Below are positions 26,761 through 41,095 of a stretch of DNA of 64,000 nucleotides, one piece after another. The first letter of the stretch is position 1; every line of letters begins with the position of its first letter. The position numbers and the translations under genes are program-made. The stretch is from Octopus sinensis (taxonomy: Eukaryota), in NCBI RefSeq assembly GCF_006345805.1, contig NW_021833451.1, forward strand, positions 1 to 64,000, given 5' to 3'. The notes beneath the pieces are model-generated. The model was not told where the DNA came from, did no database searches, and saw nothing but the letters and a program-made list of their open reading frames with translations.

Positions 26761-28260
26761 ACTTTCTTTTTCCATAGCGAGAAAAGTTTACTCTCATAAT
26801 TCTTTCTAGGTTATTTTGTGCCACTTTTGTTCGAACTGTTTCGTTCATCGACGGAAATTATAAAATCTAGCCGTCTCTGATGATTTTCCTATTTCGTCAA
26901 ATGCGTTATAAAATTTGTATTCTATATTCACGCTTTCTAATGTTTTTTCTAACCAATTGTCCTAATATACACTTTTTAAGGAGGTCCACATACTTGTTGA
27001 AAAATGAAACAATCCCATCCCTGAGTATTAGTACAATGTTTACCTCTGGCTCGTGAAGTATGTGTACTTCTAGAATGCCATATTTGTGCAGTGTTAATGA
27101 GCTGCTGTGAATTTTCGAAGCGTCAATGGCACTTCAATGTTAAGAGGAGATGATTAAAAAAAACTAGTGAAAAACCCTGTGTAGGCATATTTCGCCTAGT
27201 TTGACCCCATTAGTTTATATATTGAAGGTATATTCCTTTGACTTATTGAACTTTTTGTCTCAAATTATGAAGTTGTATATTCGTAAGTTATCCTATTATG
27301 AAGATTGACTTGTCGTATAAACTAGTCAGTGAGTAAGTGTGTTGGTCACTATGGCATGAAATATATTTAGGGCAGATTTGAGCAATCCAATATAATTAAG
27401 AATCCTATGAATTTCAAACTACTCGAGTGGGAGTATTAATGATAATGAACATAGCCTATATGAATTTGAAGTACCAAATATATTGAATTCACTAATTTAC
27501 AAACTGAAAAGTAAGAGTCAACTAGGTTGATTTATACGAATATTAATTCATCGTTTTGTGGAACAACTATCATTAATTTTAATCAATAATCACGCTACCT
27601 GTGTATTTAACCTTATTTAGCCCAACCACATAAAGCCAGACTCCGAATTGTATTGGTTTCCTCGATGAAGAGAGTAATTTCTGTGGCCACCTAGTCCTAA
27701 CTATGAGTGATTTCTGTGGTAACAATCACTTCAATAAAGGATGCCTAATATGTGCAAGTAATTTAGTGTCACTATATGACCAGACTAAACGGCATTGATT
27801 ACGAGGGTCGCTGTAAGAGAATTGTCAACGCTTCCACGTTTTATAAGACTGAGCTTCATCAGCCTCGGATGATCTCACTGGTTTTGTTCATCCATTCATG
27901 TATATACAAACTCCATCGATTGACCTTCCAGTTCTAAAATTCAGTCTTGAAAGAATTTTAAAGAGTATGAATAGACATTCAATCTCAGAGAATTAGTCAG
28001 GTTAGATTACAAAACTTGAAAGGACTAATCATCTATCAAACATACGACTGTCCCAAACTATAGCCAAATACTACTGAGTACATCACCACACAAACAGTGA
28101 CCAACCTGGATAATCTGTCCGAAGTACCCCCAGTCAACAGGGAAAAATTATCGAATGCCCACTGCTCTTTGTGTCAAAACACGTGAGTACATCATTTTAA
28201 AACAGTAAGCAGATAAGTTACCCCAGCTAATGTCATTCCTTCAATGACAAGACTCTACAG

Positions 28261-30286
28261 CAGGCCTGGCCAACCCAAATCGCATCGCGGGCCACTTTGT
28301 CCAAATGAATCCTTTCCGCGGGCCGCATATACATGTACATACTAAGGATAGATATCAAAACAACACAGATAAGATTTTATTTAGTAAAATAGCATTCAGT
28401 CCAATTATACGTATCAATGAGAAATCTGTTTTCTTTATCTTCACTTAATTTTTTCAAATCAACTTCACAATTACTAGTTGCACATCTTAATTGGTTTTCT
28501 AAGTTTTTATCTGTTAAAGAAGATCTATATCTACTTTTACTAAACTTTAATTTCGAAAAGAATGATTCACATACGTAAGTAGATCCAAAGGAGCTTACAA
28601 CTCTTTGTGCAAAAATTCTTAAGTTGGGATATTTTTCTGCAGTCACATATTTGTTATAAAAGTCAATTTGGATATAGTAGGATAAACAAGTCTTAGTTCA
28701 CTGTTGCACTGTAGGTCAATTATTTCCGTCTGCAAAGTATTTGAAACAATAGAAACGTCAACATGAAATGGAGAAGAAAATGTTTCAAACATTTTCTCAT
28801 ATTTTTTTAGTTCCGAGAATCGACTGTCAAATGCTGCAGCAAGATTTTTTATTTCATCAGCGTACTTGAAGAAATTTTACAATGGCTGATTTTAAATTGA
28901 TTAGCGTTGGAAAATGTTGATCATTTCCATTTCTTATTTGACATTCAAACAATGACAATTTCATTCGAAATGCTTTGACTTGATGGCATGCATTAGTAAT
29001 CAAATTATCCTGTCCTTGTAACTCCTTGTTTAATTGATTAATTTTTTCGGTTATATCTACCAAAAAGCACAGATCTAGCATCCATTCTTCATCATTTAAT
29101 TCAGTTAATGTCATTTTCTTATGCATCATAAAACTTTTGATTTCTTCTCTCAAGTCGAAAAAACGTTTTAAACATTTTCCGCGACTCAGCCATCTGACAT
29201 TGGAAAAATACACAAGATCACCATAGTGAGAATATAACTCGTTCAATAATTCTTTAAACTGGCGATGTTGAAGTGCATGAGAACGAATGAAGTTTATAGT
29301 TCTTACAACCACACTCATAACATGGTTCATAGACAACACTTGCGCGCACAAATTGTGTTGATGTATCAAGCAGTGTATTACAAATAAATCATTTTTTATG
29401 CTTCTTGACTCCATCTCATCCATTATTAGCTTTACAACTCCTTTATTTCTTCCAATCATAGCCGGCGCCCCATCTGTTGTCAATCCAGCAAGGGTCTCTA
29501 AATTCGCTCCATTGTCGGATAAACATTTCATAACAGCTTGGAAAATATCTTCGCCCTTTGTAGTATCTTTCAAACTGACAAGGTTAAGCATTTCTTGTTT
29601 CACTTGAAAAGATTCGGTAACTCCACGAATATATACTACAAGTTGAGACGTGTCTGATATATCCGTGCATTCGTCAAAGGCCAAAGAATAACTTTTGAAA
29701 TATTTTATTTGATCACGCAAAGTCACCACAATTTCATTTGAAATGTCATTAACCCTGCGACATATGGTTTGACGTGACAAGCTAATGTTTGAAAACTTTT
29801 TAGTTTTATCTGGCAAAATGTCTTTCACGACAGCATCCAAACACTCTTTTACGAATTCTCCATCCGAAAATGATTTCATTCTCTTTGAAATTATCATTGC
29901 AACAGAGTAGCTTGCTTTAACAGTATCAGAAGAAGAGTGTATCGATGAATTTAATAGTCTTTGCTGATTTCTCAATTCAGATTTAAGCGAATCCAGTTTC
30001 CTTGTTTTCAATTCCTTACTAAATTTCGCGTATTCGGAATGCTTTGTTTCATAATGTCTTCTTACATTGTACTCTTTCACCACCGATACTTTCTCCTTGC
30101 AAATTAAACATGTTGGCTTGGAATTATGCATTATAAAAAAGTAATCTTCTTCCCAATGATTGCTGAATTGCCTGTTTTCTTCAAAAATTTTCCTTTTCTT
30201 CATATTGATAACAGCTACAAAAATAGATAAACTTTAAAATTTATTAAACTTATAAAATTTATCTTTATTTATTAAACTTAAGAAAA
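28261..30286 (-). mobile_element. hAT (SPIN/GTF2IRD2-like) transposon, near full-length transposase, one TIR only
   Basis: ORF 28857-30203 (CLIC, RRHYETKH, KSFSDGEFVKEC, LAFDECTD, TTDGAPAMIG, HCLIH, VRWLSRG) and 28377-28646 (FGSTYVCESFFS). TIR CAGGCCTGGCCAACC at 28261 preceded by CTCTACAG. Confidence 0.93.
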
Positions 30287-30908
30287 ATTCTGTAGAGTCT
30301 ACAGAATAGAGCAGTGGTCATAATTTGGCATTTCTAACAAACCAGTGTGGGATATTAAAGACCAACATTTATAAGGATTTAGAAACAATCCCCAATTAGA
30401 AAATATGTCCTACAAATACGAAAACACATTATAATGAAATGAATCAATTAAATTGTGGCCGGGAAGACCATCTAAACATAGAAAAACACTGCCTAACCAC
30501 ATAGTCAACTTAATACAATTTAATAAATAATTCAAAAGAGATCTCTAGGTTGAGAGTATACGTGGTAATCCTGAGGGTCTTATGACTAATATGTTGCTTC
30601 TCACAATGAATGACAAACTACGATTGTGATCTTCAAATTGAATTTAAATCAAGTCCAAGATTCTGAAATATTCTAACAAAATGCTCAGAGATTCGATAGA
30701 CTAAACTAAAAAAACCTCAATTATTCATTATTTGATGCATTTTTCTGCTTGTCCTGCATTTTTTGGTGATCACCGAGTCTCTCCTGGTATGACAGACCTT
30801 CGTTGCCACTGTGCTGATCCGTCTTTCGAGTTTATTGCCGGATTTCTTAAAATTATTTGCGCGGCACAGTTTTCACTTATTTCCCCTTAAAATAATGGCA
30901 CACAAGAC

Positions 30909-33740
30909 TTATAAATGGATGTTTATTTTATACATGTGGTTATCCCTACAACCAATATATATAGAATTGCCCGCCCATAGGGGAGTAGAAAAGACTTGTC
31001 CCTCCAACTGAATAGCCCCAAGGACAGTCCCCGAACAAGACTCGACAGCATACACAGTGCCTCCAGTAGACGCCACCACGAACAGGCTGGTCCCGTCCTC
31101 CCTCCACCCGAGGACAGGCGAACTGACCAGAGGCACATTCAAGTGACAGACCCAGTGAAGTGTGCCATCATTGTACAGAGAGTACAAGTTGCCATCATTC
31201 GACCCCACAACCATCCCCTCTGACGTCACCAGAGGTCGTCCAAAGATGGGTCCAGTGGTGGAGTATTGCCAGGGGTGGTCTCCCAGCCGACGAATGGTCC
31301 CATCCACGCCTGCAACGAGGACATGGTTGGAGGACAGGACTGGGGATGAGAAGAGAGGACACCCCACACTAATTTTACTCACAATCCTCCCATTATTCTG
31401 AAATAAAGCACGTGACTGACTTTGTGACAGGAGTAGACGAATCCGGCGAGACAGGAAAAGTAGAGGAGGTGGGCAGTCGAGGTGGGTTGAGAGACGACAC
31501 TCCCCTCGGTTGAGTATGTCCACACACATTTGAGGTCCTGCAGGGATAGACAGTACATGTGTCTGCTGTGTGATCCAATGAAGACGAATGGCCAGTCGAC
31601 TGCGGGAGTACACTTGACAATGGACAGTGTGTCATATTTCCATTTTATTAGTCCATTCTCGATGAAATACACGAAATGGTCGTGGCAGCCAATGACCACC
31701 ACCCCACCCACACAGGCAGGGGATGCCTCCACTCGACCCCCCAACTGCACTCGCCATATTTCACTCCCACACGTGTCCACTCCAAACACCCAGCCAGAAT
31801 GTGAGCCGAACACGACCAGTCCACTAGAAATGACAGACCACGTTACTCGTCGATGACTGCTCCCCCATCCACACACTTGGCTGTGTCAAATCCCCACTCA
31901 ATGGTCATCCCCCCACTCACCACATGTCCTCTCTTACTGCACTGCCTTATCACGTCCCCCACCGAACAGGCCAGAATGGACTCGACGTGGACGACCCCCC
32001 GACCAAACATACTCTCCAGTGCCACCACAATCCTCAGAGCATCGAGGGATGTCGAGGCAAGCAATGAGGAATCAGTCACCTCTCGATTAAGCACGTTCTC
32101 ATACACCTGCCTGACTAATGTGGCCGTGTCCCCCACCAACCCACGTTTGCCTACTTTATATAGACTGACTAACAATGTGGGGACTGGGGGATGTGGCAGA
32201 CTGAGTGCACTCTGTCAGGACGGCAGTGGTTGGGGAGGGACTCGACAACCTCTCTCATGGACACCCCTTCTCTCAACACCACAAAGGCATGGAGGAGTCC
32301 CCCGATCTGGCGGAGGGCAATTCCATCACAGGACTCCCTCAGAAGACACTCCACTCCGTCCAAACACACCCGCACTCCACACCGTTTGATGACTCGGTCA
32401 GTCCTCCCCTGCACATACACCTCCCCCTCCTCCTCCACTCCCATGTCCCCACTATTGTACAACTCCCCTCCTTCCCACCCCAAATATATTCCCCCCTCCT
32501 CCATCACCAACACACGTGATGTCAAACATGCCCCCACTGGAATATCCCCACTCCAATGGCCGGGATTTCGAATATTGTGCTCCACGCTGACACTTCCGTG
32601 ATTCCGTACAAATTGAATATCCGAGTGACATTCCCGGGCTCCCTCACCACCTCCCTCACTCCCGGAGGAGGCTCCCCTCCAAACAGGAGACATTTCAAGG
32701 ACGTGTTCTTCCCCAACAGTGTTCTACTCATTTCCCGCCCTCCAATCACACGGAAATATGTCGGAGTCATCTTTTCTCTCAGCTTACTCCACTACCTGCA
32801 TTATTGACACTTTCGCCTCCAGAAGAACCGGGATTGCGGCTGAAGGTCTCATCAGGAGGTCTCTTCCTACCACCAGAGTGTGACCCCCTCCACTCAGGGC
32901 GCAGAACATGTCCACAATACTCGGGTCAAATGTGAGTGGGGCTGATAGAAGCACCACATCTCCATGTTCAATATTTAATATATTTCTATACAATGTAATA
33001 ATCAACAAACACTATTTAATGTTTATAATTACTAAACAAGTGCAAATATTAATCACTCCCCATCTTAAAAGCAACATTAATTACAACACATTATTCATCA
33101 AGGATACTAAGGACTGCCTATCAAAAAGCGCAGTAAAACACCTATCCTTGTCAGGGGGGTGACATTAAATGACTATACTAGGAGAATGTGTGCGCCTCTC
33201 TATTGACATACACAATGCCGCCATGTCATGTGGCGACTAATTTTTGAGGCCCAAGGCCGCTTACCGAAAATCAAGAATATTGGGCATAATGCAGTCGAAG
33301 GGCACCCTTATTATCTTGGGCTGTGCTGTGGAGCCTGATGTGGTGATAGCATAGGCAATGTCCGCGCTCTGTTTGGTCTGAGTGGAGTGTGGGTAGTGGA
33401 CACAGGAGATGTCAGGGAGGAGACCCAACTCTGTGAGGGCAGTGCAGTCCAATTCATTAAGGAAATATTCCTCGTGAATAAGAATAGTCATTTACAGTTG
33501 AGAACATGTCTTGTGTGATAATAAATCGAATCTCCAGACATTTTAGGACGTATTTTATATACCAGTCTGGCCAGAGTAAGTCGATGGTGACAAAGGGGGA
33601 GGTGGCCGACACTCTGTCAACACTGAGGAGTGGGGATAGCCGATATATATGGCCGGGAGGTGTATACTACGGGATATGCATACTCCTATGTATTCCCCCT
33701 CCCCCGATATTAGATTGATTGCTTTGGATATCTATTCTAT
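30909..33740 (-). CDS. AASDH: Beta-alanine-activating enzyme (ACSF4/NRPS998): adenylation, carrier and PQQ-like beta-propeller domains
   Basis: AYAITTSGSTAQPK, LTFDPSIVD, NLYGITEVSAW, YNSGD, GRTDRVIKRCGVR, STSLDAL, and PQQ repeats (GRVEASP, IGCHD, VKCTP, GPIFGRP, GQVFSTP, IGCRDNHMY). 5' end approximate. Confidence 0.9.
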
Positions 33741-33949
33741 GTGGGTTATATGTTTATACTTGTTTGGATAGAGTATTTAATTCTTGATATGTTAAATATT
33801 CAAAGTTGGAGTCGTTGTAGTATATTATTGCATTCTCCTGACTACTTCCTTTACAGAACGCCACATCAAACAGTCTCATTTAAATATATTTTGAACAATA
33901 ATATTTATTCTTTAATAACATTTAATATTATGAACTACAAAATACTCCA

Positions 33950-34400
33950 ATTAATAAGAGCAACTTTGGAAAGACCACTTTTGCCAACCTATAACTTCTC
34001 AAAGCTATCCAATGTAAAGGACCTTTTAATTTGCGTAGACTTAAACGCAAAGCATCCGACTTGGCTTAAATCCCAACGGGCAGACTCATGAGGATGGTTT
34101 CTATTGGAACAACTTTCTACCATGTCTTTCCTTAACAATCCGAAGACCCACACTAGGAAACCTTATAAGGATACCGAACGCTTAACATCTCGGACATTAC
34201 ACTATCCTCAACTAACATATCCTCAAGCATTGCATGGTCAACAGACTACGATCCTAATTTAGATCACAATCCAATAATCATCAGGATCAAGAAAGGCTTT
34301 CCCCATATCAACAAAACTATGTCCGTTTTCAATTACAAGAGCGCAAACTGGGAGGGATATGCTAACTTCACCGACGCAATGCTGCAAAGTGGTATTAACT
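33950..34400 (+). mobile_element. LINE AP-endonuclease fragment
   Basis: LICVDLNAKHPTW; DITL..DHNPII remnant; similar to the APE region near 45480-45800. Confidence 0.6.
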
Positions 34401-34429
34401 AACTTAACTTACAGAATGTTGTTTTTAAT

Positions 34430-35445
34430 ATAACATCAAGTAAAAATGACTTCTATAGTTTTCTTAATGCTCCAGTAATTTTTCATCACAGGTCTGATCG
34501 ATTAAAACCCCTGGCTAATTGTGATCCATAAATTTCATAAATAGTGAGTTGAAAAAAACATTCATTTTCTGGCTTAGGTGTGACTATAAACCACGCAAGA
34601 CCATGTTAGTTTTTCTCACGTTGTAAGCAACGACTTTTGAGATGCTGTTGTTCCATAGATGCTATCGAAAGTTGGGGGCCTTCATCGCATTCAAAATCCT
34701 TTAAATATGATTCTTGAAGTAATATTCCAGTAACTTCTAGAACTCAGAACATTTTAGTGAAAATCAATAAGCTTAGAGAAGCCATGTCAAGTCAATCAAA
34801 AATGTTGCACAGAATCCTCCACGAGATAAAGGAACAAAACTATAATTAGTTCAAAATGAAAATTATTTTTATAATGATAATTAAATTTAAATTAATCTCG
34901 CCAAAGAACAAACTTATTCTTGTTGTGAGTTTTTTCTGAGTAAAATATAGTTTCTAGAATAATTTTTGGTGACAATGGAGCAATTTCTTAAACTTAAACG
35001 AAACAAAACTGAAAGTCCCATGGTAATATCCTACCAAAAGCGTCATTTCCCAAACAACCATTCGTACATACTCCTTCGTTCACCAACATAAAAACAACAC
35101 CTGGCTTAATGGAAAAAGCCCAAAATCAAATTTTCTAAGAAAAACACTTGTTAATTATTTCTAAAATAAAACCAGGAATCTCAAGGTCACCTCAAGTGGT
35201 CAATCTCGGACAAATCAGCACTTTTTTATAACAAAATTGACCAAAACCAAATTCATTGTTCGGCTCGGAAGTACTATAACATTCACTTTTTTAGAAATGT
35301 CATTCACCGAACATTTCAATTTGGCCAAAATGCTAACACGGAATCTACAGTACGCCTAACTACCTCCCATTTATAACTACTCTCCTGAATGCTGCCACCG
35401 AGCACGCCATCGATATAATATCCGTAGGCTTGGACGACATGTCAT
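34430..35445 (-). pseudogene. Decayed fragment resembling the symplekin middle region
   Basis: KPTD..AAFRRV, RVSILAKL, GFILE, VVWE..L, MASLSLLIFTK and IKKTI occur in symplekin order, with many stops and shifts. Confidence 0.4.
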
Positions 35446-35929
35446 TGAGTACAAGCAATTTTAAGTTTTTTTAATTTTTTGATTTTTAGTTCACCTATTC
35501 CTGATTTCAGAAATAACTCTAATTTGGTTAATGTTGTTCATAATCGCTTTACTTTATGACTTCCACTCCTTTCGATGACAAAGTTGAAAAAAAAACCAAG
35601 AATTCTGAAAACCATGCTCTTAGGGGCTCTCGCGATTACACGGAGTAGTCTATTTTTACGTAATATAATTGATTAAGGTGTAATTCTTTTTTATAACTAT
35701 CTTTTTAAAACAAATGGAAGCCATTTGGGTGAACAATAGTTCGATTTTTACCGGTTACCGAGCGCTACGGGTTACTGAATGCTCAAATTTAACATTTAAA
35801 GAATTTTTTATAAAAATTAAACCTAAATTTTTTTAGTTATTATATTTAAAATTAATAAATATATAATTTCAATATTTTTAAAAGGCGCAGCATTTGATAA
35901 TTTTTAAATAGATAATTTACCATGCGTAT

Positions 35930-36400
35930 TCTATAAAGTTTTCTTGATGTCTCGCTTTTTTGTCAAAACTGTACAAGAATATGATCATATAGTTAAAATA
36001 TTGGAAGAGCAGGGGATCATTGGAATATCTAAACAAAAAAATACAGATTAACTCGAAAGTCCAAGAATTTTACTTTCATTACCGGGCGGCTATATCTTAA
36101 AGACTCACGTGGAAACCATAAAATAGTCATTTCTGCAGACAATCATGAGGAGATGCAATTAGTGGCTACGCAAATTCATCAAATGACTCATTGCGGACAT
36201 AACACGTTTGAAGAGTTTTGTAATCAGAGATATTTTGTTGTTAAACGCAAAATCATCAGGAAAGTAGTATCGGAATGTGATATATGTCGATTTGCGACAC
36301 CACTAAAAATAGTTGATCCTGAAAACCACATTATAGCCTCACAACCAAATGAGAGATTTCAGATAGATCTGATTGATCTCGAATGTCCGACGGAACAATG
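35930..36400 (+). mobile_element. Ginger/KRBA2-like integrase, N-terminal part
   Basis: H.MTHCG..RY..I.KVVSECDIC and IIASQPNERFQIDLIDL. Confidence 0.8.
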
Positions 36401-37974
36401 AAAAAAACCCACATGAAACGAATCAAAAAAATAAATAAAGATCACAAATAATTAAAATTTTAGTTATGATCCATAAAAAAAGTTTTTTCAATTTCTGTGT
36501 AACGTTATATGAAAATTTTGGAGCCTTAGTGCTTAAACGTATGAGGAATGAGGCTATAATGTGGAGTTGAATGCTGATTCCACTCCCCGTACAATGTCTT
36601 CAATGTAAAAACAAGCAGATATGATCTTAGGGGATCTCCTAGCACATCAGGCTGTAAAAGAACAATTTTCAATAACAAGCGAAATTGTAAAGTAATAAAA
36701 GAGATGTACTAGATGGGCAACTTAGGGTTTTTGGAATGCAAGTCTGAATAATTCGATCCCCGAAAAAAGAGATGAAATTATATTGAAACTTATCTTCATT
36801 TCTAATTCTACCAGAGATTGGGCTTTGGTCTTGTTCTGCATCGTGAGTTTTGCCACCGGAAAAGGCATTCCTTTACAAACGAATCTCTCCACAATGAAAC
36901 TAGGAGAGATTGAACAGGATACCAGGTTGAGCAGGTCTACCAAAGCATTTTCTGTTACCCAGTAAGGCAGGTTTAGTATTACTAGTTTTTAGTTCCGCGG
37001 TGTCAAGTATTCAATTGAGTGTCCATAAAGACTTAAAAGAAGATTCCGCTCCCAATCATAAATAAAATCGTTTATATCATCTGCATTCTTAAGTAGAAGT
37101 TCGTAAAGATTCATTATGGTGTTGCGAAGTCCGGGCCCTCGGGCGGTTGGAGATTTACAAATTACATTTGCGACTTGGATCAAATCAATTGTAGCGTTAG
37201 TCGAACATACAAGAATAGTTAGTAGAATATTCTAACCCCAACAAACTTCTAACAACAACGTGATTCATACAAAATGGCGCATGCTTTTGAAATTGTTAAG
37301 ATCGCTGACTTTGCTGAAACCTTTACCTTTAAATGGCTCCGCTCTAGCCACGTGGCAAAAGCAAAGAAAAAACAAGACTCCTAAATATCAAAAATTCACA
37401 ATTCAAAACACATTGGATTCGTATTTGACCATTTATTCTTTCACGTTTTTCGTTTTTTTGTTACGCTTGACTCTTCTTTTAAAACACTTTAATCCGATCG
37501 ATTAAATTGGAGGGAGTTAAATTGATAATTATATATTTTAGTGGTACACTATAATAAGCGCATGCCATCAAATCTGGTTCCAACATTAAGATTCGATTCA
37601 AAGATGACACTCCTCTCCAATATATTTTCACTGCAAAAAAGATGCATTCATTTAGAGCATAAATCAGATTGTAAACTATTGATTAGTGTCAATACTAGAC
37701 ATAATTGAAATCATATTTACAATATTTCGCAAAATAAATTAAAACTAATCGGCAGTTAAAATAAATTATAGTGATTTACAGTAATTAATATGCTAAAATC
37801 ATACTGAACTATCACGTGTTAATGACCTAGTCAACAACAAATATTGGATGAAGGTAACTTTGCTTTTCCAAATATAGACTTGCTTGCTAAAAGTAAAAAA
37901 CCAGGTAGACCCCAATCATCAAATAAATCTGAAAATCGAAACAGTTCAGCAAAGTACTTTTTTTAGATACTTTA

Positions 37975-38855
37975 TTGCTTAGTATTGAAAAAAAGAGAAA
38001 ACATGCAGATCATGAAAAACAAAGACGAAAAAAAGAAAATGAAGACATCGAAGAATTAAAAGCGCTGATGAATATTCCATCTAAGCCAAGATTCAAGAAT
38101 CGTGAAATGACCAATCTATGTGAGGAATTCAATATCAAACGAATTCACGGAAGGCCAAACAATCCCCGCTCACAAGGGATTGTCGAACGCTTCAACCAGT
38201 CAATTACAAGAAAAATGGCAAAAATGATCGACAATGATAATAAAAAGTGGCTGGAAAAATTAGAAAATGCAATGTACAATTATAACATTTCTGTCCACTC
38301 ATCTTCTAATGAGAGCCCTTTTGAAAGATACCGGGGAATAAGTGGAATGAATACAATATTTTATGGTTGTAATTATAAAATTATTCCTTAGATAATTCAG
38401 GTAATGATTTGTTGAGTTCTGATCAAGTCGATGATGCAAACAATTGTCTGAGTCCAATTGAAAATTCATGTAATTTGAATTTCTATATGTAGATGATTGT
38501 AATTATTCGTTTACAAGTCCGAAAAGATTTCAGTTCGAAATTAACCCCATTGATCCTAATTCTAATTATTACAAAGCGATGAACAGAAAAATGAATGTTC
38601 ACAATAGTAAGTATGAATTTAGTGTTGGTGATAAAGTATGCATAAAAATTAATGTTTAGGTTCGAGTTAAAAAAGACTTTGGAACAAATACTTCGTTGCG
38701 ACTGGATAAGTTTGAATCTCCATATTATCCATCTGCAGAAATTATCAGTATTTTATCAAACAATCGCGTTGAGGTAGTTTAAACATTTAAATTTAATAGA
38801 TAAAAAATTCAATGAGCGAAATTTCGATTGTGCCAATGTCCAGACTTAAAAAATA
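37975..38855 (+). mobile_element. Ginger-like integrase, C-terminal part, with tiny introns
   Basis: IHGRPNNPRSQGIVERFNQSI, YN..VHSS..SPFE. Introns 38636-38659 (24 nt) and 38774-38799 (26 nt) restore FSVGDKVRVKKDF..SNNRVEIK. Confidence 0.8.
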
Positions 38856-38899
38856 ATTAACAAGTTATTATTCTTTGAAGTTTAATATTAATTACAATA

Positions 38900-39270
38900 T
38901 CTAACGACCTTCCCATTTGAAAATGGCAAGTCTCTCATCTGGGACGCCACTTGCACGGATACCTTCTCCGCCGGGAACATCTTGACGTCGGCTTCAGAGC
39001 CGGGCTCCGCAGCCAACCTGCCCGAAACGCTAAAAATCAAGAAATACAGTACATTATCTCACCGCCATATCTTTGCCCCGATCGCAGTGGAGACATCGGG
39101 AGTCCTCGACCCCAGAACTAAAAAATTCTTATTAACTGGGGGATTTGGCAAGCAGAAGAAGAAATGATCATCGGGAACGGACATGGCTTTTCCAACGCAT
39201 ATCAATAGCCATCTTGCGTGGGAATTGCCATTCCATCCTATCCTCTGCTGCTAATTAAATATACATATAA
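38900..39270 (+). mobile_element. CRE-like REL 3' fragment, close relative of 59145-59815
   Basis: WDATC.DTF, PGSAANL.ETLKIKKYS, APIAVETSG; near-identical to the reverse complement of 59145-59512. Confidence 0.85.
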
Positions 39271-39339
39271 TTGTGCTTTAAATTGAGTAATCTGTCAAAA
39301 AAAATTACAATATTGACATTAAGTTAAGCTTCAAGGTCA

Positions 39340-40914
39340 CGTCAGGTATCACGCGGCCCATAGGTGTCACGCAAACCATGTCACATAATATAATTTCATA
39401 GTGCACGTTTCTTCGGTTTTTGTTGACTGCTTTTTTACAATGCCTAAAAACAGGAGTTCCAACACTAAGCGAATTTCTTCTATTGTTAAAAAATATCCTA
39501 AGGAGTTTTCATCTTCACTGGATGGAAAATTATTCTGCAAATTATGTAATTCTTACGTAACTACTAATAAGGAATGGTTTATTGATAAGCACAGACATTC
39601 TAAAAAGCATATTCTGAGAATCCCAGATACGAATAATACTTTGGATACTCATAGTAAAAATGAGGTTACTGCTGATTGTTTTGCCGTGGATCTTGCAAAT
39701 GCATTTTTATCAGCAAATATTCCACTTCATAAGTTACGAAATACATCGATTATTGATTTTTTAATAAATATGGACATTATGTTCCTTCGGAAACCAAATG
39801 CAGAGACATTGTTACATTTCTTGGTGAAAGGATGGTTTCACAAATTATTAACACAGTTTCAAGTGAATAAATTGTTTTAATGATTGACGAAAGTGATTTT
39901 GGAATTGTCTTGTTGGAACGTTAAAAAATCCACAAGAATATTTTTTAATTGATTGTATTGCAATTAATATAGCTCCCAATTCCGCGATTATATGTCAAAT
40001 TATTGATGACGTCATTCGCAAACTCAATGTTGATAGGAAAAATTTTTATTTACTTATTTCTGATGCTGCTTCATATATGGTTTCTTCTGGAAAAGTATTA
40101 TAGCAATTATATTCAAATCTATTCCATGTCACTTGTGTGCCGCATTTATTACATAATTGTGCCTTCAGAATAAATCACATTATCCAGAGGTAGATAAATT
40201 AATATCGTGCGTCAAAGCACTTGTTGTCAAAAATAATTCACGACGTCAATTATTTACAGAAATTGATATCCACCCGAGCCCATTGTAACTAGATTGGGCT
40301 GTTGGTTAAATGATGCTGACTATTATGCAAAAAATTTAACACAAATCATCAATATTTGTAATGGTATAGAAGAGGAATCTTTATTGATACAAAGAGCAAA
40401 GTAATCCGTTATGAATGAATTTCTTCATATGAATTTAGAAGACATAAGCCGGGAATATCATTTATTAACAGATATTTTAATGGAAATTGAATCTAATAAA
40501 TTCACTATTTCAAGAGCGTATCATTTTTTGAAAAATGTTGATTTTAAAGAAGATTCCTGCAAAATTCGAGACTATATAAGCTTACGAATTTCAAGAAACG
40601 ACATTTTCAAAATAATGGAGTTATCTAAGCTACCAATTACTCCATTTCACCACGCATTATTATTGGATTGCCCGGCAACATCGTGTGAAATAGAAAGATC
40701 ATTTTCTATTCTTCACAAAATTTTAACCAAAGATAGAAATTTCCTACCTGAAAATGTTAAATATTATTTAATGTTGTGCTTTAATAAATAAATTTCTGTT
40801 TCTTAGGGCAACTTTTTATGCATATTATGTCAACTTTTTTATTTTTTAAAGCAATTTAGTTGACTTTTAAGGTCAATTTTTTACATTTTTAAGAGCAACT
40901 TTCCGGTTGCCCTA
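39340..40914 (+). mobile_element. hAT transposon with CGGBP1-like BED finger, decayed; right TIR CCGGTTGCCCTA
   Basis: LFCKLC..KHRHSKKH, LMIDE, ISDAASYM, FHVTC, TRWG, DCPATSCEIERSFS. Left TIR not found. Confidence 0.85.
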
Positions 40915-41095
40915 CTTATAAGTTAGATTGTTCTAAAACACGCTTCGGCAAAACGCGGCCCGCCAAGAAATTTTTCCAACTAACATGGCCCGCGGGCAAA
41001 TTAATATTTATATATAAATTTTATCTATTATTAAAAATTAAATAAATTTCTAAACGTGTTATAATTCTTTGTGGTAAATTTTATATGACGCTCAA

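Noticed and set aside
26870-27870. CTGATGA/TCATCAG motifs as hammerhead ribozymes of a Penelope element
   Set aside because: No correctly placed GAAA or stems. The region shows only faint decayed RT remnants, too weak to annotate.
31160-32807. Long plus-strand ORFs overlapping AASDH (e.g. 31853-32389)
   Set aside because: Antisense shadows of a GC-rich coding strand; no motifs.
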